From Alphaproteobacteria bacterium (GTDB taxonomy: Bacteria > Pseudomonadota > Alphaproteobacteria > UBA828): a stretch of 64,000 bases of DNA. The stretch covers positions 1,216,001 through 1,280,000 of the forward strand of contig CBDCCI010000002.1 of the NCBI GenBank assembly GCA_965214705.1, read 5' to 3'. The notes beneath the pieces were generated by a model that saw only the letters and a list, made by a program, of their open reading frames with translations, searched no databases and had not been told where the DNA came from. A program made the position numbers and the translations under genes. How positions within the stretch are numbered: position 1 is the stretch's first letter; every line of letters starts with the position of its first letter. Below are positions 57,930 through 64,000 of this stretch, piece after piece.

Positions 57930-59252
57930 ATGGAGCGTCCCAAGATCAAGCGGCGCGAGCGCGACACGATCATCCAGGCATTGAGCGCAGGCGTCGTGCC
58001 GAAGCTGGGCCTGCGCCATATCCAGGTCGGGCGTGCACGAGAGACCACCGAAATGGTCCGCGATGTCGAACGGATCGGCGAAGGGGGCGCCGCGATCCGC
58101 TTCGTGATCGGCGAATACGGATCGGGCAAGACATTCTTTCTCAATCTCGTTCGACTCATCGCTTTGGAGAAAGGCCTCGTCGTGCTCTCAGCGGACCTTG
58201 CGCCCGACAGGCGTATCCACGCCACAGGCGGGCAGGCCCGTTCGCTGTACGCGGAGCTTACGCGAAACGCAGCGACTCGCACGAAGCCGGAGGGCGGCGC
58301 GCTTGCCAGCGTGGTGGAAAGGTTCGTCACCCAGGCGGTCCGGGAGGCGGACTCTTCCGACCGGACGGCCGACGCCGTGATCCGAGATAAGTTGGAGCAT
58401 CTCGAGGAACTGACGGGCGGATACGAGTTTGCCACCGTCATCGCCAGATATTGGGAAGGGCACGAAACCGGCGAAACCGAACTGAAGTCGAATGCGCTGC
58501 GCTGGCTCAGGGCCGAGTTTGCGACCAGGACGGATGCGCGCAAGGCCCTGGGTGTTCGCACGATCGTCGACGACGCCGGCGTCTACGATCACCTGAAGCT
58601 CATGTCCGCATTCGTGCGCGAGGCGGGCTACGGCGGATTGCTGGTGGAGCTCGATGAACTCGTAAACCTCTACAAGCTCACCAACAGCCAGGCCCGGAAC
58701 GCCAACTACGAGCAAATCCTCCGAATCCTGAACGACGTTCTCCAGGGTAGTGCCGCGCATCTCGGCTTCATCCTCGGTGGCACCCCCGAGTTTCTTATGG
58801 ACACGAGGCGGGGCCTCTACAGCTATGAAGCGCTCCAGTCGCGGCTTGCGGAGAACACCTTTGCACGAGACGGCCTGATCGATCTGTCCGGGCCGGTCCT
58901 GCGTTTGTCCAGCCTGACGCAGGAAGACTTGTTCGTGCTGCTTGCCAATGTCAGGCGCGTGTTTCTGGGAGACGAAGTTGACGGCGCGCCGGACGATGCC
59001 CTGACGGCCTTCATGGCGCATTGCTCACAGCGGATCGGTGATGCGTATTTTCGGACACCGAGAAACACGGTCACTGCGTTCGTGAACATGCTCTCGATCA
59101 TCGAGCAGAACCCCGGGACCACGTGGCAGGACCTCGTCGCCGATGTCGAGATCACGGCGGATGGCGGCGATGACTTGAGCGACATCGTCAACGACAAGAC
59201 GTTGAAGACCGCGCCACAGGGTGACGATGACCTCACCACCTTCCGTCTCTAA
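57930..59252 (+). CDS. sngB: Shango SngB: DUF2791/BrxD-like P-loop ATPase
   Basis: Motifs ALSAGVVP, GEYGSGKT, LDELVN and GLYSYEALQSRL. Confidence 0.85.
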   Translation: MERPKIKRRERDTIIQALSAGVVPKLGLRHIQVGRARETTEMVRDVERIGEGGAAIRFVIGEYGSGKTFFLNLVRLIALEKGLVVLSADLAPDRRIHATGGQARSLYAELTRNAATRTKPEGGALASVVERFVTQAVREADSSDRTADAVIRDKLEHLEELTGGYEFATVIARYWEGHETGETELKSNALRWLRAEFATRTDARKALGVRTIVDDAGVYDHLKLMSAFVREAGYGGLLVELDELVNLYKLTNSQARNANYEQILRILNDVLQGSAAHLGFILGGTPEFLMDTRRGLYSYEALQSRLAENTFARDGLIDLSGPVLRLSSLTQEDLFVLLANVRRVFLGDEVDGAPDDALTAFMAHCSQRIGDAYFRTPRNTVTAFVNMLSIIEQNPGTTWQDLVADVEITADGGDDLSDIVNDKTLKTAPQGDDDLTTFRL

Positions 59253-61482
59253 CGGTGAATCCAAGGCGTTCGATCTTCTGGCAGAGCCTGTTCGACGCTG
59301 GATCTGGCAGAAGAGGTGGACTTCGCTGAGGGACATTCAGGAGCGCGCGATTCCGTATCTCGTCGATGGCGACGACGATCTCATCATTGCGGCCGCGACC
59401 GCAGGGGGAAAGACCGAAGCGGCGTTCCTTCCGCTGATCTCGAAGGCCTTCACGGCCGGAAGTGGCGAGGGCTTCGAGCTGGTCTATGTCGGTCCCCTCC
59501 GCGCCCTGATCAACGATCAGTTCCGGCGGCTTGAAGACTTGTGCGAGTCTCTGGAAATGCCGGTTCATCCCTGGCACGGCGACATCTCGCAGTCTGTGAA
59601 GGCGCGCGCCAGGAAGAACCCGCGCGGTATCCTGCTGATCACCCCCGAATCGCTCGAAGCCATGTTCGTCCTGCGCGGTGCGGACGTGCCCCGCCTCTTC
59701 GCAGGCACCCAGGCCATTGTGATCGACGAGCTTCATGCGCTGCTCGATTCCGAACGGGGCGTTCATCTGCGCTCTCTGCTGACCCGGCTCGAACTCGCAG
59801 TCGGCCGTCGAATTCGGCGCGTCGGGTTATCGGCGACCCTGGGCGATATGGCGCTGGCCAACGCCTATCTGCGCCCCGAGGCGCCGGAGAAGGTGGGACA
59901 ACTGGTCAGTCGCTCCGATGGGCAGGAGCTGCGTGTTCAACTGCGCGCTTACATCGAAGGCCGACGGACGGAGCACTCCGACACGGAAGACGACCAAGCA
60001 GACGATGCCAACGTGCAGGATCTAGCCGCGACACGGGCCGTTGGCGAGCACATCTTCGACAAGCTTCGGGGAAGCAACAATCTCGTCTTTGCAGGGTCCC
60101 GCGGACACGTCGAACTCTATGCCGACCTGTTGCGCCGGATGTGCGAAGAGAAGCGTCTGCCCAACGAGTTTTTCCCCCATCACGCCAGCCTGTCGCGGGA
60201 ACATCGCGGCTTCGTCGAGAAGCGCCTCAAGGACGGCGGCCTCCCGCTCACGGCGATCTGCACGTCGACCCTGGAACTCGGGATCGACATCGGCGACGTG
60301 ACATGCGTCGGGCAGATCGGCGCGCCGTGGTCGGTCGCCGCATTGAAGCAACGGCTGGGCCGGTCGGGCCGGCGGGCTGGTCAACCCTCGATCCTGCGCA
60401 TGTATGCCATCGAACCTGAGACCGAGGCAGACTCGCACCCCGTCGACACGTTTCATCTGGGCCTGGTGCGCTCGATTGCCATGGTTGAACTGCTAGTCGA
60501 GGACTGGTGCGAGCCACCGAAGCCGGAGGCGTTTCACCTTTCGACGCTGACGCACCAGATCCTCTCCGTGATCGCGGAACGCGGGGGCGCATCGGCGCAG
60601 CGGCTCTTTGCGACCCTGTGCGACCGCGGCCCGTTTCGGTCGGTCGATCCCGCGCTGTTCGGCCGGCTCTTGCGCCAGCTTGGCGACCCCGACGTTGCCC
60701 TGATTGAGCAAGCGCGCGACGGTACGCTTCTGCTAGGCCGCGAGGGCGAGCGCGTTGTCGAGCATTACAGCTTCTACGCGGTCTTTCAGACACCCCATGA
60801 GTATCGTGTCGTACACGATGCGAAGACGCTCGGCACGATCCCCGTCAATGCGCCGCTCACAGCGGACATGACCATCATCCTAGTCGGCAGGCGTTGGCGC
60901 ATTCTTGAGGTTCACGACCGAGATAAGGTCATCGAAGTGGTTTCGGACCGTGCCGGCAAGCCGCCGACCTTTGGCGGAGACCCGGGAGAAATTCATGAGA
61001 AGGTGATTCAAAGAATGCGAGAGGTGCTGCTCGCCGATTATCTGCCGTCTTTTCTCGACGATACCGCAGTAGAAGTGCTTTCCTCCGCCAGAGCCGCCTA
61101 TCGACGATCCAGACTCGATGACGTACCCGTTCAGCCGCTCAGTGATGATCGGCATCTTCTCGCGCCATGGACGGGAACGGTTGGCATCGACTCGCTTGCG
61201 ATCGTGCTGGCTTGCCTCGATTATCGCGTCAGCAAATTCGATGGCATTCTCGAAGTCTCGTCGACCGGATCCAGATCAGGGAGCTTTGTTTCGGAGCTCG
61301 AAGATATCGCGGCGGACAAGATCGACTTGCCCGATCTCATACGAGGTCGCGCCGGCGCATTGCTCTTCGAGAAATTCCATCAGTATCTCGGAGATGATCT
61401 GTTGCTTGCCGATGCGCTTTCCCGACGACTGGACTTGAATGCGGCGCCAAGGATCGCCCAAGACTTGTGCTCGCGGTTATAG
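59227..61482 (+). CDS. sngC: Shango SngC: Lhr-like SF2 helicase
   Basis: Motifs ATAGGKTE, PLRALINDQ, TPESLE, DELH, SAT, TLELGIDIG and QRLGRSGRR. Confidence 0.85.
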   Translation: MTSPPSVSNGESKAFDLLAEPVRRWIWQKRWTSLRDIQERAIPYLVDGDDDLIIAAATAGGKTEAAFLPLISKAFTAGSGEGFELVYVGPLRALINDQFRRLEDLCESLEMPVHPWHGDISQSVKARARKNPRGILLITPESLEAMFVLRGADVPRLFAGTQAIVIDELHALLDSERGVHLRSLLTRLELAVGRRIRRVGLSATLGDMALANAYLRPEAPEKVGQLVSRSDGQELRVQLRAYIEGRRTEHSDTEDDQADDANVQDLAATRAVGEHIFDKLRGSNNLVFAGSRGHVELYADLLRRMCEEKRLPNEFFPHHASLSREHRGFVEKRLKDGGLPLTAICTSTLELGIDIGDVTCVGQIGAPWSVAALKQRLGRSGRRAGQPSILRMYAIEPETEADSHPVDTFHLGLVRSIAMVELLVEDWCEPPKPEAFHLSTLTHQILSVIAERGGASAQRLFATLCDRGPFRSVDPALFGRLLRQLGDPDVALIEQARDGTLLLGREGERVVEHYSFYAVFQTPHEYRVVHDAKTLGTIPVNAPLTADMTIILVGRRWRILEVHDRDKVIEVVSDRAGKPPTFGGDPGEIHEKVIQRMREVLLADYLPSFLDDTAVEVLSSARAAYRRSRLDDVPVQPLSDDRHLLAPWTGTVGIDSLAIVLACLDYRVSKFDGILEVSSTGSRSGSFVSELEDIAADKIDLPDLIRGRAGALLFEKFHQYLGDDLLLADALSRRLDLNAAPRIAQDLCSRL

Positions 61483-61858
61483 CAACGTCGATCTGGGTGT
61501 AGGTCTGACATGGGGATCGTAAGACATTGATTCACTGCGATAGGCGGGTGGCAGAGGGCACGCCGCGGCCACCTGTGCCATGATATTCCCGTGGCGTTCC
61601 GATCTCGCGCCAATGCGCTGCATTCTGCTCACCCGGTGGGGGTCAGGCAGTCGATATCCGGCCACCAAATGTCAGCGGCACGCCGTCGAAAAACGCCACA
61701 GCGCACTTGCCTCACCTCTGCTTGACGTCAAGGTGACGCGCCCGCGCCCTTTACATTCCGGCCGTGCCGACCGGCAACGGGCAGCAATTCGGTGCGCCTG
61801 CTGCCGTCAAGCGCTTCGAGGAATGCCTTGCCGGGAGGCCGAGGGTGGGTACTAGGGA

Positions 61859-62242
61859 CTACTTGGACGCGTCGCCCAGGACGTGAGCCTCGGCATCCCG
61901 CGCAGCCTGAACCGTACGTTCGAGTTGTTCCTGCCGCCCTTCGCGGATCATATCGTCCCGCTTGAGCGTCGAAAGGATGTAGGCGCTGCGATAAGTGCGC
62001 TTGACCAGCTCGAGCATGCCGGGCGGAAGGGCGCCGTCCGAGGCCTCCGCGGGTTCGACTAAGGCGTTCAGGACGGCGTTGCGCGCAAAGGTGGCCGTCG
62101 AAATGTTGGCTGCTGCTGCTGCGCGCTGGACCTTCGCCCACTCGGCATCTGTGAACCTGACGGTTCGCGGCGAGCGAGTCCCGGTCGGTTTTTCATCGAC
62201 TTTGGCCTTGGAGGGGGGTCCTGTCTTGCTCTTTTTCGTCAC
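61859..62242 (-). CDS. Ribbon-helix-helix protein, putative relaxosome accessory factor
   Basis: RHH-like PRTVRFTDAEWAKVQRAAAAANISTATFARNAVL; adjacent to the oriT-like site; GTG start estimated. Confidence 0.6.
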   Translation of the reverse strand: MTKKSKTGPPSKAKVDEKPTGTRSPRTVRFTDAEWAKVQRAAAAANISTATFARNAVLNALVEPAEASDGALPPGMLELVKRTYRSAYILSTLKRDDMIREGRQEQLERTVQAARDAEAHVLGDASK

Positions 62243-62381
62243 GATAGCGCTCTCCCGCAACGCGATCTCGCTGGGCGTTCATCTTTTCGCGCCCCGGATT
62301 GCGGACATGTGTCGCCCTATCAACCCGTTCAAGTCGCGTGTTTCAAAGAACTACGAACCGCTTGGTGTCGCAAAACGCCTT

Positions 62382-62457
62382 CGTATTTCAATGTATTTCT
62401 ACATGTCAAGACATGCGTCCAATCAGGTGGCTAAGAGCCGTATTTCAATGTACTTCT
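62382..62457. repeat. 19-bp direct repeat pair (putative RHH binding sites)
   Basis: CGTATTTCAATGTATTTCT (62382) and CGTATTTCAATGTACTTCT (62439). Confidence 0.7.
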
Positions 62458-62546
62458 CTCGTTCCAACGCCACCGCCAGTGGATTCGCTACAATTTTGTC
62501 CTCTCGTGTCCGGCCATGACAGGCTATGTCGCCTCAAAATAGCTCT

Positions 62547-62572
62547 GCGCCTTCAGGCGCGTGGGGTGTGAG
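62547..62572 (+). other. Putative MOBF-type origin of transfer (nic site)
   Basis: Inverted repeat GCGCCT-TC-AGGCGC followed immediately by GTGGGGTGT|G, the same layout and core as the F-plasmid nic (IR-GTGGGGTGT|GG). Confidence 0.65.
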
Positions 62573-63319
62573 GGTTAAAGCGGCTCCGCCGTAGAGCCGG
62601 GACTTGAGGGGGGCGAGAAGAGGGGTCAGGGCCAGCCCTGATTCGAAGGCGGGGAGGATAGTCTGCGGCAGGCGGTCGTGCGACCGCGGCGACCAGGCGA
62701 CGGTTGGCCGGACGGCAACCGGGACGAAGTGCAGAAGCTCGCGATCGCGAGCGGCGCAGTGGGTCGATCACCATGTTGGTCGCGAGTGTCGGGCGTGGTG
62801 ACGCCGGGCCGTTCAGGCCCGGCTGCACCAATGTCCGGCGAGGTGTCACGGCGCTCGTCGCCATCGGCGACGGCACTGACGGGGAGCCTGCACGGGGAGC
62901 CTGCACGGGGGTCTCGCAGTTCGTCTCGCGGCGGTAAAGTTCAGCACAGCGACAACGGCTGCACTGTCGGTCGCAGCTTCGCCATCGTTGTCGTCATCGT
63001 CACAAGCGAAATGGCGAGACCGATGCACGCGCCGGTACACCGGTCGGCGACGGCGACGTGAAGCTGGAGCGCGGGCGAGGGCCGCGCGGACGTCACCGCG
63101 GTCGGTCTCGCTGCCATGAGGCGAGCGTCCGTTGACGGTGCGCAGCACCGTGACGGCGGCGATGCCGAGGCCGCGTCCGGGAGGGTTGGCCGTTCGAGCG
63201 CGAGCGGCGCAGGCGCGGATGCGCCGAGCCGCGATGCGGGGTGGCAGGCACGGCGAAAAAGGGGGAGCCGATCGCCGCAGAGGCAGCGATCGGCTCGTAG
63301 TGGACAGGTGGCGCCATCG

Positions 63320-64000
63320 TCATGCGGCGAGCTGAACCTTCATGACCGGTATCCCCAGCTGCCGAGCTTTGTCGACGAGGTTGCCGGTGATGCCGGAGCC
63401 GGGGAACGCGATGACGCCCTTGGGCAGCAGGTTGAGCAGGTCGTCGTTGCGACGGAAGGGCGCGGCCTTGCCGTGGGCGTTCCAGTCGGGGCGGCAGATG
63501 ACCTGGTTGACGCCTCTGGCCTCGGCCCAGCTTGCCGCGATCTTCTCGACGCCGGGACCGCCGCCATGTAGCAGCACCATGTCGCCGTACTTCGCGCGCG
63601 CCATGTCGAGCGTGCTCCAGACCGCGTCGGCATCGCTGACGGTCTTGCCGCCGGTGACGGCGACCAGGGTGCCCTCGGGCAGGTGCGCGCGGGTCTCGCG
63701 GTCCTTGCGTGCGCGCCTGAAGTCGCGTGCGTCGATGGCGGCGGAGGTCAGCGTGCCGGTCTGGCTCGCGTGCGATCCGTGCCTTGGGCGCCAGACGTCG
63801 CCGGTCTCGACGCGGTAGGCGTCGGCGGCGAGGTCGCGGAGCTTCTCGAAGGCGTCGCGGCGGTCGCCGAGGTTCTGCGCACGGTCCGTGAGGGTCTGCA
63901 GCTCCCACGCCTTGACCTCCGATCCGTCCTGCGCCTTCTCGAGGTCCTTCATCTCGGGCGCGATGCGGTCGACGGCGCGGTCGAGGCGTGTGACCTGTGA
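63320..64000 (-). CDS. DUF2493 (SLOG-family) protein, 5'-truncated by window edge
   Basis: Motifs VAVTGG, VLLHGG, AASWA, PDWNAHGKAAPFRRND and IAFPGSGITGNLVDKARQLGIPV; frame open to the window edge. Confidence 0.8.
   Translation of the reverse strand, partial: SQVTRLDRAVDRIAPEMKDLEKAQDGSEVKAWELQTLTDRAQNLGDRRDAFEKLRDLAADAYRVETGDVWRPRHGSHASQTGTLTSAAIDARDFRRARKDRETRAHLPEGTLVAVTGGKTVSDADAVWSTLDMARAKYGDMVLLHGGGPGVEKIAASWAEARGVNQVICRPDWNAHGKAAPFRRNDDLLNLLPKGVIAFPGSGITGNLVDKARQLGIPVMKVQLAA

Noticed and set aside
57930-61482. BREX (BrxD/BrxHI-like) assignment for the ATPase-helicase pair
   Set aside because: No pglZ, pglX or brxC is present, and the upstream TerB-domain gene fits the Shango layout.

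Overview
This window is from a high-GC bacterium; gene content and repeat types suggest an alphaproteobacterium. The left ~37.5 kb is mostly metabolic: kynureninase, purM, a multi-subunit Mrp Na+/H+ antiporter operon, a cox/xdhC molybdo-enzyme maturation cluster, phnW, pyruvate carboxylase, a MetE-like enzyme with a rubredoxin, and a hydantoinase/oxoprolinase + racemase + peptide-type ABC transporter cluster. At 20.2-23.8 kb it is interrupted by a RelB/RelE-type toxin-antitoxin cassette flanked by a duplicated pyc 3' end, and by an isolated, apparently intact Mu-like large terminase + portal pair with no other phage genes. From ~37.6 kb to the end is an accessory defence island, partly lower in GC. 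It holds decayed AAA-ATPase and integrase remnants, an uncharacterised acidic protein + PD-(D/E)XK nuclease pair, and a four-gene Druantia type I-like operon whose ~946-aa second gene is split by a complete IS (AATG target duplication). It also holds HU and PAPS-reductase pseudogenes, a Phd-VapC TA pair, a CI/LexA-like repressor, a three-gene Shango system, and an F-type (MOBF) oriT-like site with an RHH gene on one side and a hairpin-rich leading region plus a DUF2493/SLOG gene on the other. All family assignments come from motif recognition by eye, not database searches, and adjusted start coordinates were counted by hand.
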